DNA of 64,000 bases from a virus, in IMG/VR virus record IMGVR_UViG_3300032322_002195, positions 32,001-96,000 of that record. The stretch is one strand, 5' to 3'. Numbering within the stretch: position 1 is the first letter of the stretch; each line of letters opens with the position of its first letter. Positions 31,776 to 41,872 of the stretch are shown here, piece by piece. The notes under the pieces were generated by a model. It was not told where the DNA came from and made no database searches. It was given only the letters and a program-made list of their open reading frames with translations. Position numbers and translations under genes: made by a program.

Positions 31776-32507
31776 ATGATTGAGGATATTCTAAAAGATA
31801 AGTATGGTAATTATTTAGTTGGCTTAGACATCTATGAAAATAGAGGTAGTCTTAGATTGTCTAGAATTATTATAAAACCAGAATATATGGGTAAAGGTAT
31901 TGGTAGCAAAATTATGGAAGATTTGGTAGAGTATGCTGACAATAATAAAAAAATAATCGTTCTGACCCCATCAAGTGATTTTGGCGGTAATAAAAACCGT
32001 TTGATACAATTTTATAAACGTTTTGGTTTTAAACACAACAAAGGCCACCATAAAAGTTTTGAATTTATGGACTCTATGATTAGATATCCAAATTTAAATG
32101 AAACTATGAAACCATTTATAAAAACTTTACTTAGAGAAAGTTTGATGACTAAAGAAGATTCTGTTATTAGACAAGTTGTTGATTTTGTTAATTTTTCTAA
32201 AGAATTCTTAGGTATTGACGATGATATTAAAGTTAAATTGGCATTTGAAAGGACACCAGATTTAAAAACAACAGCTTATTACAGCACCAATGGTTTTGTG
32301 GTCGTATACGCAAAAGATAGAGCCATAATAGATGTTTGCCGTTCAATAGCTCATGAGCTAGTTCATCATAAACAAAACTTGGATGGGAGACTTAGAGATG
32401 CTGCTCGTGATGGTGAAGACGGTTCACCAATAGAAAATGAGGCAAACGCTATTTCTGGTATTATAATTAGAAAATACGGTAGACTTAATCCAGAGATTTA
32501 TGTGTAA
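31776..32507 (+). CDS. GNAT acetyltransferase fused to a zincin-like (HELVH) domain
   Basis: YMGKGIGSKIM and FYKRFGF GNAT motifs; IAHELVHHKQ...IENEANA. Confidence 0.75.
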   Translation: MIEDILKDKYGNYLVGLDIYENRGSLRLSRIIIKPEYMGKGIGSKIMEDLVEYADNNKKIIVLTPSSDFGGNKNRLIQFYKRFGFKHNKGHHKSFEFMDSMIRYPNLNETMKPFIKTLLRESLMTKEDSVIRQVVDFVNFSKEFLGIDDDIKVKLAFERTPDLKTTAYYSTNGFVVVYAKDRAIIDVCRSIAHELVHHKQNLDGRLRDAARDGEDGSPIENEANAISGIIIRKYGRLNPEIYV

Positions 32508-33357
32508 CACAAAACAACTTTTACGAGAAGAACTTTATTTACACAATAGAAAAAAACTATTGTCTGAACAATCTCTATTGATTATACAAGATGATTTTTA
32601 CGTCAAAACAACATTAGGTATCGATAAATTCCTTTATGAAAATAATTTATTTGAATACAAAAAATTAATAATTGAACAACAAATAATTATAGAATCAATG
32701 CTAGTTTCTATAAACAATTATTTAGGTAATATGGTTCAAAAAGGTAAAGAAAAATCTTTGCAGTTAATGAATGATATTAAAAATGTTAAAGATTTAGCAA
32801 TATTATTTAAAAATATTTTACTGGACCCAAAATTGATGGAAGAAGCTATTGAAAATGTTAAAAATGCTATTAATAATCAGTTGGATAGAATTAAATTGTT
32901 GATAGAAAAAGTTATTCAAGTTATTTCTGTAAATTTGGTTGGTTTTACAGATAAATTAAAAACTTTTTTAGATAATGTTTTAAAATATGGTAAAGAATTC
33001 CTTGATAAAAAAGGCTGGGTTGGCTTTATAATGGGGTTAGGATTAGCCGTGTTATTAACATGGGTTAATAAAAATTGGTTGGAAAAATTAGGGGGTGTAG
33101 TTTTGGACAAAACGATAGAGCAAATTAAAAACATTGAGTCAGTTATAAATATTTTCAATAGCTTAAAAGATTTGTCATCATACGTTGCCAGTAACTTAGG
33201 TATTGAAAACATCCTAAAATGGTTTATAAATTTTGGTACTAAGACTCAATTAATTGGTGTAACGTTTTTAGCAGCTGAAATAATCAAAATAATTTACGAT
33301 ATTTTAGTCCCAACGGTTAGAGACGTAAAAACAAGATTTAATTTGTCAAAAACTTAA
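32500..33357 (+). CDS. hypothetical membrane-associated protein
   Basis: Hydrophobic GWVGFIMGLGLAVLLTW segment. Confidence 0.65.
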   Translation: MCNTKQLLREELYLHNRKKLLSEQSLLIIQDDFYVKTTLGIDKFLYENNLFEYKKLIIEQQIIIESMLVSINNYLGNMVQKGKEKSLQLMNDIKNVKDLAILFKNILLDPKLMEEAIENVKNAINNQLDRIKLLIEKVIQVISVNLVGFTDKLKTFLDNVLKYGKEFLDKKGWVGFIMGLGLAVLLTWVNKNWLEKLGGVVLDKTIEQIKNIESVINIFNSLKDLSSYVASNLGIENILKWFINFGTKTQLIGVTFLAAEIIKIIYDILVPTVRDVKTRFNLSKT

Positions 33358-33367
33358 TAAACTGCTC

Positions 33368-33535
33368 ATGTATAATAAAAAAACTATATTAGAATCTCTA
33401 AAAAGATTATTAGAAGCCAATAAAAATAAAGTTGATATTGGTGATGAAATACATTTACCAGACCTTACGATGAAGAAAAAAGATTTATTAAAATATCTAA
33501 AAAATACTTATAACATAATTCTTAAAGAAGATTAA
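33368..33535 (+). CDS. small hypothetical protein (55 aa, not in ORF track)
   Basis: MYNKKTILESLKRLLE...ILKED fills the gap between genes. Confidence 0.5.
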   Translation: MYNKKTILESLKRLLEANKNKVDIGDEIHLPDLTMKKKDLLKYLKNTYNIILKED

Positions 33536-33536
33536 A

Positions 33537-34175
33537 ATGAACACAATTAAAGGTGGTAAAGCAGATAAAATGTCTGTTGAAAACATTGCAAATAAATTCA
33601 ACGTATCTGTTGAAAAAGTTAAGGCACAAATTAAAAAAGGTGTTGAGATTGAAAAAGAACACACCAATGATAAAGAAAAAGCAACAGAAATAGCCATGGA
33701 CCACGTATCTGAATTTCCAGATTACTACGATAGAATAGAAAAAATGGAAAAGGATGCTAAGAAAAAATGGGAAGTTAATGAATCAAAACTTATTATTAAG
33801 AGTTTATTAAAAGAAGGTCTTACTAGAAAAGAAATTATTGATTTTTTCTTGGAATTAGGTTTTTTCTTGTCTTTAAATTTAGCAAAAGTTCAACAAGAGG
33901 CAAAAGATTCTAACTCATTAACCGAATTAAATCTAATGATGCAAACTATTAGTAAACCATTGATAAACGGTAAAAATATTTTTGAGTTAAATAAAGAAAT
34001 CAGTTCAATAGTTAATAACCCTAAAATGTTGTCGGCACTATTAGGGCAAGTAAAAAATTTGATAGAATATGTTGAACCTAGAATAAAAAAATACGTTAAA
34101 GATAGTGATAAAAAAAATATATGGCTTAAAAAAATGGATAATTTTAAAACCATATATTTGAATATAATTAAATAG
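33537..34175 (+). CDS. two-module protein with a DUF5661-like N-terminus
   Basis: GVEIEKEHTND..ATEIAMDHVSEFPDYYDRI. Confidence 0.6.
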   Translation: MNTIKGGKADKMSVENIANKFNVSVEKVKAQIKKGVEIEKEHTNDKEKATEIAMDHVSEFPDYYDRIEKMEKDAKKKWEVNESKLIIKSLLKEGLTRKEIIDFFLELGFFLSLNLAKVQQEAKDSNSLTELNLMMQTISKPLINGKNIFELNKEISSIVNNPKMLSALLGQVKNLIEYVEPRIKKYVKDSDKKNIWLKKMDNFKTIYLNIIK

Positions 34176-34590
34176 TGATTTCACCAACATACTCGTGACT
34201 AAAACAAATTCGTTTGTTGTCAAAGTAATGTTCCTTGTACATATTCTTAACCGTAACATCCTTACGCAATTTTCTATTTTTGCTGGTGCCAACCCAAAGT
34301 GGTGACTTCTCCCTGTAATGGCCCATGCGTGGATGACTAGTTCTAGAAAAATATCTGTGACCTTGGTCAATATGAATCTGACCAATCGCATCTGAAAATC
34401 TCACTCCAATTCCCATACCTTGATAATCTGGAAGAATAACCGTTCGATGACCACGCCATGCATTTTTTAATGTACCGCTAGGCAAAGTTAAAGTTGCTCC
34501 AAATGCAACAACTTGGTTTTCCCAAACCCCTACATAACATCTAGCTGCTTTATTTATATTTCCATCTAAATAGTGATGGTCTTTAAACAT
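34168..34590 (-). CDS. Mom-like GNAT acetyltransferase domain (probable frameshift fusion partner)
   Basis: FKDHHYL and RTVILPDYQGMGIG motifs; frame open upstream to the T9 run. Confidence 0.75.
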   Translation of the reverse strand: MFKDHHYLDGNINKAARCYVGVWENQVVAFGATLTLPSGTLKNAWRGHRTVILPDYQGMGIGVRFSDAIGQIHIDQGHRYFSRTSHPRMGHYREKSPLWVGTSKNRKLRKDVTVKNMYKEHYFDNKRICFSHEYVGEITI

Positions 34591-35255
34591 TCCCCAACTA
34601 TCATAGTTTGTGCGATATATTTTGATAGTGATTTTTGGTCGGACAAAAAAAAACCGTGAAGCAATTCACCAGTATCCGTATTTAAAACCCAATCAGGTTC
34701 CAACCAATCAATGATGTCATAATGACATGTTGATAGAACAACATTTTCAATATCATTACTTTTGATATATTTTGATAAAGCTACGCTAGCTGCTTTTGCT
34801 ACGTTACGGTCAACAACGCTGGTATATTCATCAATAACAGCACCAGTTTTAAGCTTTCTGGCTAAGTCAGCTCTGAATTTCTCACCATTGGATAAAACAT
34901 CATATGGCTTATACCACGAAGGGATTGAATTAAAACCAACAGAGCTAAGTCTGTTGACACCATTGTCTGGTGTGTCAAAATGTGATATGACTGCTTTCTT
35001 AGATTCCCAAATAGGGTTCTCTTCTGAACCAAAATGCCGTAATAAAGTTGATTTTCCAGACCCTGAAGAACCTACAATCACACCTAATTTAAAACTTTTA
35101 GGCAATTTTTTTGGAAATTTCCATGGATAAAATTTTGAAGTGCCGTCAAATCGGCAATCGAATGCCGTTTCTGTTGCCGAAATAAATTCATCTTTATTAA
35201 CTGAGCAAATCAAAGGCTCAGATTCTTTTTCCAATTTCTCAATCAAGTTATCCAT
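34566..35255 (-). CDS. ABC-type ATPase domain
   Basis: GSSGSGKST Walker A, LSNGEKFRA signature, IDEYTSVVDR Walker B, STCH H-loop. Confidence 0.85.
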   Translation of the reverse strand: MDNLIEKLEKESEPLICSVNKDEFISATETAFDCRFDGTSKFYPWKFPKKLPKSFKLGVIVGSSGSGKSTLLRHFGSEENPIWESKKAVISHFDTPDNGVNRLSSVGFNSIPSWYKPYDVLSNGEKFRADLARKLKTGAVIDEYTSVVDRNVAKAASVALSKYIKSNDIENVVLSTCHYDIIDWLEPDWVLNTDTGELLHGFFLSDQKSLSKYIAQTMIVGECLKTITI

Positions 35256-35353
35256 ATGTCACAAAAATATATTAAATTTGTGACAAGTAAAGACAAAAAA
35301 ATGGCTAGACATTTTGAAAAAAATGCCCAGCCATTAATATTTTAATAGTGTGA

Positions 35354-35566
35354 TTATTTCTTTTTAACCTCAGTCAAAGATTTGACAGCAGCCTCTAATT
35401 TAGCAATTTTACTTTCCAGTACTGTTGCTTTATCTGATTTATTTTTAGCTTGTTCGTTAATCCACTCTTGTTTTTTTACAGCAACAGCTTCGTTAACAAT
35501 TTTGTCAATCAAATCGACTAATTCACTCTCTTTAATCTTAACTGTTTTTTTTGCTACTTTTGACAT
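35354..35566 (-). CDS. small coiled-coil protein
   Basis: KIKESELVDLIDKIVNE; TATTTATA motif upstream. Confidence 0.65.
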   Translation of the reverse strand: MSKVAKKTVKIKESELVDLIDKIVNEAVAVKKQEWINEQAKNKSDKATVLESKIAKLEAAVKSLTEVKKK

Positions 35567-35644
35567 TTGTTTGAGTTTTATAAAATCTTATTATTACTAT
35601 AAATATATCGAATTTATAAAAAAGATTCATATCGTTTAAAAATC

Positions 35645-35800
35645 TTACTCGTCAACTCTAACCACATCAAATATAGTAAGTAAATCGTATAAATTAAGTC
35701 TTTTAATTTTGGAAAAATATTCCTGAGCTTCTATTAGTGAATTAGCTATCGTGTAAGTTATTGTCTCACCAAAACTGTTTTTAAGTGCGTATTTATTCAT
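35645..35800 (-). CDS. small hypothetical protein (51 aa, not in ORF track)
   Basis: MNKYALKNSFGE...VVRVDE. Confidence 0.5.
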   Translation of the reverse strand: MNKYALKNSFGETITYTIANSLIEAQEYFSKIKRLNLYDLLTIFDVVRVDE

Positions 35801-35824
35801 TTTTAATTTTTATTATTAAATAAG

Positions 35825-36355
35825 TTAACATAATTTATCAGCACATGATGAACTAGCGTAAGCATCTGGTTTTATTTTAAAATCATAACCCATTCCAAGT
35901 ATATAACCAACAGCATGTTGTAATGCTTTATTTGAATCATATGTTGGATTTGGATTGATATCAGCATGAATTTCAAGTTTAACTCCATAAGAATCCAATA
36001 AGCTTGCTATACTGTAAGCAGCTTCAATAGATTTACCAACTTCATAAACCATTCTTTCATTTATGATTTCTTTATCTGCTAATTTTCTATTAGTTTGTTT
36101 TGTTTTAAATGTGTGCATATGAGTGTGAGATATCACAATACCACCACGACCAACAATAACACCACCACCTAAATCCTCAAAAGTTGAAATTAAAATTACA
36201 GTAACAAAATTATATTTTGGACCACTAATTTTTTGAGAGTCAGTCCCAATTGAAACCTTTAATGTGTATCCCTTTTCAACTTCTTCTATTATAATACTTT
36301 CTAAGTAATCATTAATAGGTACTGTAATTTTTTTGTTGTTTCTTTTCCATTCCAT
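35825..36355 (-). CDS. RNase H-like YkuK (DUF458) family protein
   Basis: IGTDSQ, EVGKS, EIHADIN and KPDAYASSSCAD motifs. Confidence 0.8.
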   Translation of the reverse strand: MEWKRNNKKITVPINDYLESIIIEEVEKGYTLKVSIGTDSQKISGPKYNFVTVILISTFEDLGGGVIVGRGGIVISHTHMHTFKTKQTNRKLADKEIINERMVYEVGKSIEAAYSIASLLDSYGVKLEIHADINPNPTYDSNKALQHAVGYILGMGYDFKIKPDAYASSSCADKLC

Positions 36356-36416
36356 TTTATTTAGTTTTTAATTTTGTTATTAATAAAAAAAACCCCAGTT
36401 AATTCTGGGGTTAAAT

Positions 36417-37829
36417 TTAGTTTATTAAAGTTTGTGGTAACAAACTTTTTAATTTTCTATAATTTTCCACCCCTATATCTTCTTCTCTTACCCCTAGTCT
36501 ATGTAACGAACCACCGTTACTTTTATCCAAATAAGAAATTTCATACGGTATATCTTTAATTATATTTCCAGTTAGGTTCAAAAAAACAAGATTTTTAAGA
36601 TTGCCAATTTCACTTGGCAATTTTTTTATTTTATTGTCCGTCAGAACCAACATTTCTAGAGTTGTCAAATTACCTATAGATGGATGTAAATCAACCAATC
36701 CAGCTCCAGTTATAATAAGCTGGTCGATTAATTTAAATTTACTCATGTCTGGTAATTTTGGTACTTCTCTTCTCATAATTTTTATTGTCGGTACATTCTC
36801 ATGATACATTTCAAACAAACTCTCAGAAAAACCAAACTTGATTAGAAAGTCTAAATATTTGTTTGAATCTAATCCCTTTTTGTAATCTTTAGCCATTCCC
36901 ATCAATTCCTCATAAAAGAAATTACTTAATCCTTCGCTTTCCACCAAAACATTTTCATAAATTCCAACATTTTGTGCGTTCTTTCTGTCTTTTAATTGAC
37001 CCGTTTCAAAATGTATTTGAAACAACTCATCCGATTCTTTTGTAAAAAATTTGTTATTTATTATAATATAAATATCAGAGTTTTCACCGTTTGGTTTTTT
37101 ATAATTTTGAGTGTAATTCTTAAACATACCATTGCCTTCTTTAGCCGTACACCAGTTGGCAAATTTATCAAATATAACATTTGCAGATGTTGTCTTTGGA
37201 ATAAATAATGTAAATTTTCTATCCCTTACTGGTATTTCAGCTTGCCCAGACTCAACAAATTTATTCATGGTCCTCTCAACAGCGCTTGGTTCTCTTTCAA
37301 TAAATGGGTCCACAGCATCAAAAAGTTGAGCCAATGACTTGTATTGATTGATATTAGTCGGGTCGCTAATGTGTTTAAGACTATAACTAGCAGAACATAA
37401 TTCCTTAAATTTCTTTTTTCGTTTGTTGTCTTCAAACATAACAAGATAAGTTTTGGCTTGTGGCAAATCTTCAGTTACAAACCTAGAAGCTTGCGCCATT
37501 TCTTTTTCAGAACCTGTTTTGATGTACCTAGTAAAAGTGTTTAACATCCATTGCAAATACATTTTGTTTTCCGTTGGGTCTGCAACAACCATATCAGCAA
37601 ACACATTTGAAGCAACACTAATCTTTTTTAAGATTCTACCCTTTTCATTAAACCTAGTAGAGTTAATAGCAATAACTTCTCCACTATTTGTTAAAATAGG
37701 GTTGCCTTGAAAACCTAATTCTAAAAGTTCTTTTAACTTTAAATTAGTTCTTTCAACATCAATGTTTTCAAAAACATCAAACTGCTCAGCCAAAAAAGTT
37801 AATCTATCTGTTATATTAGACTCTTTCAT
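36417..37829 (-). CDS. leucine-rich-repeat protein
   Basis: C-terminal LHPSIGNLTTLEMLVLTDNKIKKLPSEIGNLKNL repeats; NWCTA motif. Confidence 0.85.
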   Translation of the reverse strand: MKESNITDRLTFLAEQFDVFENIDVERTNLKLKELLELGFQGNPILTNSGEVIAINSTRFNEKGRILKKISVASNVFADMVVADPTENKMYLQWMLNTFTRYIKTGSEKEMAQASRFVTEDLPQAKTYLVMFEDNKRKKKFKELCSASYSLKHISDPTNINQYKSLAQLFDAVDPFIEREPSAVERTMNKFVESGQAEIPVRDRKFTLFIPKTTSANVIFDKFANWCTAKEGNGMFKNYTQNYKKPNGENSDIYIIINNKFFTKESDELFQIHFETGQLKDRKNAQNVGIYENVLVESEGLSNFFYEELMGMAKDYKKGLDSNKYLDFLIKFGFSESLFEMYHENVPTIKIMRREVPKLPDMSKFKLIDQLIITGAGLVDLHPSIGNLTTLEMLVLTDNKIKKLPSEIGNLKNLVFLNLTGNIIKDIPYEISYLDKSNGGSLHRLGVREEDIGVENYRKLKSLLPQTLIN

Positions 37830-37876
37830 AACACATTTTAAATCAAAGATACGAAAATATTTTTAACAAGACAAGA

Positions 37877-38218
37877 CTATGGTAAAAATCTTTTCATCAA
37901 ATCATCGTCCAAATATTCCTCAACCCTACGCTTTAAAAACCAAGTTAAATTATCAAAACTGTCAGAATCCCTATTTATAACATCTAATAAAACTATGTTT
38001 GGATTTTCACCGTCAGTTAACCTATATTTTATCTCGTCTATAACGTCTGTACGATTATAACTCATAAGTTGTTGTAATATAACACCATAAGTTTCCCATC
38101 TAGCCTCTTCATCCTCATTCAATGTTTTCACAATATTATTCACATGCTTTTGGTACGCTTTATCCAGTGTAGTTTTTTTTCCTTTTGTGGGTATTATTAA
38201 CAAATTAAAATCCCTCAT
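37877..38218 (-). CDS. hypothetical protein
   Basis: 113-aa ORF; TATTTATA motif upstream. Confidence 0.65.
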   Translation of the reverse strand: MRDFNLLIIPTKGKKTTLDKAYQKHVNNIVKTLNEDEEARWETYGVILQQLMSYNRTDVIDEIKYRLTDGENPNIVLLDVINRDSDSFDNLTWFLKRRVEEYLDDDLMKRFLP

Positions 38219-38259
38219 AAGCGTATTTTAAATAGAATCGTTATTTACTATAAATATCT

Positions 38260-39297
38260 TTAAAGTCCCATTTCACCAAGCTTTTGAATAACATCTTCTA
38301 CTTTTGTCTGAGCATCAATCGAATAATTTACTCTATCTAAATCTTCAACACAAAATCGAGTGATATTTGTTTGAAATTCATGCCATTTAGGTGTAACATC
38401 GCTAACCATAACTACATGAGTACCAAGGGCCCAAGCCAACCAACTTAGCCCAGAACTAACCCCTAAATGAGCTTTAGCGTGATATATGTCTAACGCCCTT
38501 TTTTCCAAAGATATATCGCCAGTCAAATCAATTACATTTCTTAAATTTGTTGGTTCTTTTGAAATAACCAAAACTTGGTAGTCTTTTGAACCCAAATAAT
38601 CAACAACTTTTTGCCACCCATCTACATCTTTCCATTTTTTTATATCTGAACTCCCATGTTCGGACAACGTCACGTAATTACCTTTTATTCTTGGCGATAA
38701 ATGCTTACATAAAATACTCAAATCTGGCCTAATTTCAACACGGTCCAACCCCAATGTGTCAGTTGCAACTATTTGTAATGGTACTTTGCTAACTTTAACA
38801 GGGCAATAATATGGGTTGTCATCATCACTGGCCCCAATGTAATATTGGGTATAAACATTGTCAATTTGTGTATTTGGTTTTACAAATAAAATTTCTGGAT
38901 ATGCATCTATAAATAAATTATTATAAAAAGTAGAACAAATAACTGTACATTGATGTTTCTTTCTGAATTCTTCAACATATGGCATCCAAGCAATGTTATC
39001 ACCCAAAGCATATGCGTCAAATTTAATAAATATTTTTTTACCATTTGGATTAAAAAATTCATGATAAACAGGTGTACCATCCTCATCATCAATAATTATT
39101 AACCAATTGGTAAACCATTGTTTTGTTTTTGCTACAATCGTTTGATTTGTTTGACATGAACCAGAACTAACCAATCCTTTATTAAACTCATAAAAGAAAA
39201 CATTATATTTTTTAGGTATGTCCCCAATAATGCTAACCCTAGGTGCATTACCTTCTTTTGGTAATGTCGTTACATAACTAACTTTAAAACAATTCAT
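38260..39297 (-). CDS. autotransporter O-heptosyltransferase-like glycosyltransferase (Aah/TibC, GT9-like)
   Basis: ALGDNIAWMPYVEEFRKKHQC and HLGVSSGLSWLAWALG motifs. Confidence 0.75.
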   Translation of the reverse strand: MNCFKVSYVTTLPKEGNAPRVSIIGDIPKKYNVFFYEFNKGLVSSGSCQTNQTIVAKTKQWFTNWLIIIDDEDGTPVYHEFFNPNGKKIFIKFDAYALGDNIAWMPYVEEFRKKHQCTVICSTFYNNLFIDAYPEILFVKPNTQIDNVYTQYYIGASDDDNPYYCPVKVSKVPLQIVATDTLGLDRVEIRPDLSILCKHLSPRIKGNYVTLSEHGSSDIKKWKDVDGWQKVVDYLGSKDYQVLVISKEPTNLRNVIDLTGDISLEKRALDIYHAKAHLGVSSGLSWLAWALGTHVVMVSDVTPKWHEFQTNITRFCVEDLDRVNYSIDAQTKVEDVIQKLGEMGL

Positions 39298-39298
39298 T

Positions 39299-39619
39299 TT
39301 AAAAATTTTTAATCTTATAATATAATCTTTCTAATTCTGGTGTAAACACCTTTACATCTTCAATTGTCTCGATAATCGAATCATTAGTGCTATTTTCTTC
39401 TGTCAATATATATTGAAGTTCTTTAACTTTTAACATGTCTTTTATGGAATGTTTGAGTTCTAAAACTACTTGATTGTACGTGGCCCAAACTTTTCTTTTT
39501 TCTGTTGATTTGGCCATAAGGTTTTCAGTGACTTTAATTTCGTATTCGTGTTCTAAATTAGATTTAAACCCACCATACTGTTCATCAAGAACTTTCCTTA
39601 TTTTAGCCTTTAAGTCCAT
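39299..39619 (-). CDS. hypothetical protein
   Basis: 106-aa ORF. Confidence 0.65.
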   Translation of the reverse strand: MDLKAKIRKVLDEQYGGFKSNLEHEYEIKVTENLMAKSTEKRKVWATYNQVVLELKHSIKDMLKVKELQYILTEENSTNDSIIETIEDVKVFTPELERLYYKIKNF

Positions 39620-39623
39620 ATCA

Positions 39624-39962
39624 CTAATTCATAGCCACATTCTTTGACAAATTATAGTTATCATCAATGTTCCCAAAAACCCAATCTTTAATAACTTGTT
39701 GTGTAAATTCTTCACCCATCTTGTACTTGTATTTCATATACTCATACAAAGATTTGGGTGAAATAACCTCACCATCAGCCCTAACCTCAATCATGGGTGT
39801 TTCGTAATATTCACCACCTTCACGAACAAATTTTTGAACAGCTTCATAATTCATGTCTAAATCCTTTTTCATCTTTTTAACCATGTTTGAATGAGCACTT
39901 TCGTTCAGAGTTTGTTTTAAACGATTAAATTGTCCCTCTGTTATTATAATCTTCTTTTTCAT
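39624..39962 (-). CDS. hypothetical protein, putative head-packaged
   Basis: MKKKIIITEGQFNRLKQTLNE N-terminus. Confidence 0.65.
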   Translation of the reverse strand: MKKKIIITEGQFNRLKQTLNESAHSNMVKKMKKDLDMNYEAVQKFVREGGEYYETPMIEVRADGEVISPKSLYEYMKYKYKMGEEFTQQVIKDWVFGNIDDNYNLSKNVAMN

Positions 39963-40011
39963 ATCTATAAATATCTATTCACAATAAAAAAGGGCTCATA
40001 TGAGCCCTTAA

Positions 40012-40335
40012 TCACAATAACAAATTATTTATTTTTTGTTCTATTTCATTTTTAGGTTTAAAACCACTGAATCTATCAATTATTTCACCGTTTTTGATGA
40101 AAATTAAGGTAGGGATACCCCTTATACCGTATTTAACAGCTGCTCCAGAATTCTCATCAACATTTATCTTACCAATGTTAATTTTATCATTATCTTTGAA
40201 TTCTGTAGAGAGTTCATCAATTATTGGGGTTAACATTCTACATGGACCGCACCATGGTGCCCAAAAATCCAATACGGTTATCTCTTTTTCTTTTAAAACA
40301 CTTTCTAATGTGTTATCAGTTACTTCTAATGCCAT
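40012..40335 (-). CDS. trxA: thioredoxin
   Basis: DFWAPWCGPCRM active site. Confidence 0.95.
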   Translation of the reverse strand: MALEVTDNTLESVLKEKEITVLDFWAPWCGPCRMLTPIIDELSTEFKDNDKINIGKINVDENSGAAVKYGIRGIPTLIFIKNGEIIDRFSGFKPKNEIEQKINNLLL

Positions 40336-40395
40336 TTACTTAAGTTTTATTTTTTGTTATAATTATAAATATACAAAACAATTTTGAAATAATCA

Positions 40396-40647
40396 ATGTC
40401 CGATTCAGAAATTATTTGGAAGTACCTAGACCGTGAATACCCTAATGACCATTTGGTTATTTATTTGTATGTTTGTGGGAATGTTAGGAGTAATAAAAAA
40501 GCTCTAACAAGTGTCTGCGATTCAATCAAAACTATATTTAGCCCACCAATTAATGAATCAATTATTAAATCAACAGTCACTGGGTTTTTAGAAAATAAAC
40601 TTAAACTATATAAAAAAGGTGAGATTCAAGTAAAGTCTTTATATTAA
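40396..40647 (+). CDS. hypothetical protein
   Basis: 83-aa ORF. Confidence 0.55.
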   Translation: MSDSEIIWKYLDREYPNDHLVIYLYVCGNVRSNKKALTSVCDSIKTIFSPPINESIIKSTVTGFLENKLKLYKKGEIQVKSLY

Positions 40648-40958
40648 ATAATATCACCACAATTTGGAAAAAATTCTTTTACCAATCTGACAGGTTCTTC
40701 AAACTTTTCAAATTTACGCAATGAAAAAAAGTTTAATATATATACCCCACATTCTTCATTACTAAAAGAAAATATATCAGTTAACATCCTAGAAATAATT
40801 GATATATGGCTAATTTCTTGTTTTGACAAAACCCTATCATTTAAAGAAGCTGCCATCAATCTACAATAACTAAAATGAGTCATGCAATTTGTTTGTTTGT
40901 AAAGTTTTAAAGTTACTTCACAAATTAATAAATAAACATGGTTATCAAATTTTTTCAT
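40644..40958 (-). CDS. hypothetical protein
   Basis: Likely start MKKFDNH. Confidence 0.5.
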   Translation of the reverse strand: MKKFDNHVYLLICEVTLKLYKQTNCMTHFSYCRLMAASLNDRVLSKQEISHISIISRMLTDIFSFSNEECGVYILNFFSLRKFEKFEEPVRLVKEFFPNCGDII

Positions 40959-40983
40959 TATGTTTGATGTAATATTTATAAAT

Positions 40984-41232
40984 ATGTGTACTGATATAGA
41001 CAAAAATCTCGTAAAAAAATTTTTAGTATTAAATTATCCAGTTTCTAGGATAAAACATAATCTAAGATTTAGACGAGCTATAATTTTAGATGATGGAAGT
41101 TTTTTTATACTAGGTGAAAACAATCAACAAACACTAAAGTATAAATTATTAGAATCACTTAAAATAGTGTTTAATTACGAAGATTCAGACCTATTAAAAA
41201 TATTGGATACTTTATTTCCATCCAAATCTTGA
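40984..41232 (+). CDS. hypothetical protein
   Basis: Likely start MCTDID after TATTTATA; resembles 40396-40647 (LVKKFLVLNYP vs IWKYLDREYP). Confidence 0.55.
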   Translation: MCTDIDKNLVKKFLVLNYPVSRIKHNLRFRRAIILDDGSFFILGENNQQTLKYKLLESLKIVFNYEDSDLLKILDTLFPSKS

Positions 41233-41832
41233 TTACCAATACTCAATCTTTTTTAACGTTAATTGTGTCCAATAATGACAATTGTACCCATCTATGCTAC
41301 CCTCAACTTCTTGTATCTGAATAGCAACCAAACTATCTTGTTCACTTATTGTTTGACCGCTAAAAGGTCTAGCAGAACCACCCATTAACGATTGACCAAA
41401 AACTGGGTCCTCAACTATTCTATGGTCGTATCCAACATAATAAACAGCGTATTGTTTAGTTGTATCATCATTTAAGATGAAATCACCGTAGCCTGGGAAA
41501 TTAATGGGTTTGTAAAAAGAATATGTTGTGTAATTCCTAATGATAACCTCTATATCAAACATTGGACCACCCCACCTTAAACTTGAAGTGTCCTTGTTAT
41601 CACCAAAATGTCTATAAACCTTTCTTTCCCCAGTTTCATTGTTGTCAACATACATAACCCCATCAACAACCAAAAATTTACCCCACATACTGATTCCAGT
41701 AATGCTGTCAAATTTAGGCTCCTTAAAAGGATATTCATCTGTTGGTAAAACTTCTTTATGACAAGAATTAAAACCTAAAACTAAAAATAAACTAATTAAT
41801 TTAAAATACTTTTTCATATTTGCTTTTTGCAA
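41233..41832 (-). CDS. putative lipoprotein
   Basis: MKKYFKLISLFLVLGFNS-C lipobox-like signal. Confidence 0.65.
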   Translation of the reverse strand: MQKANMKKYFKLISLFLVLGFNSCHKEVLPTDEYPFKEPKFDSITGISMWGKFLVVDGVMYVDNNETGERKVYRHFGDNKDTSSLRWGGPMFDIEVIIRNYTTYSFYKPINFPGYGDFILNDDTTKQYAVYYVGYDHRIVEDPVFGQSLMGGSARPFSGQTISEQDSLVAIQIQEVEGSIDGYNCHYWTQLTLKKIEYW

Positions 41833-41872
41833 AGGTATGAAAAATATTTTAAAAAACCAAACTTTTTATAAT

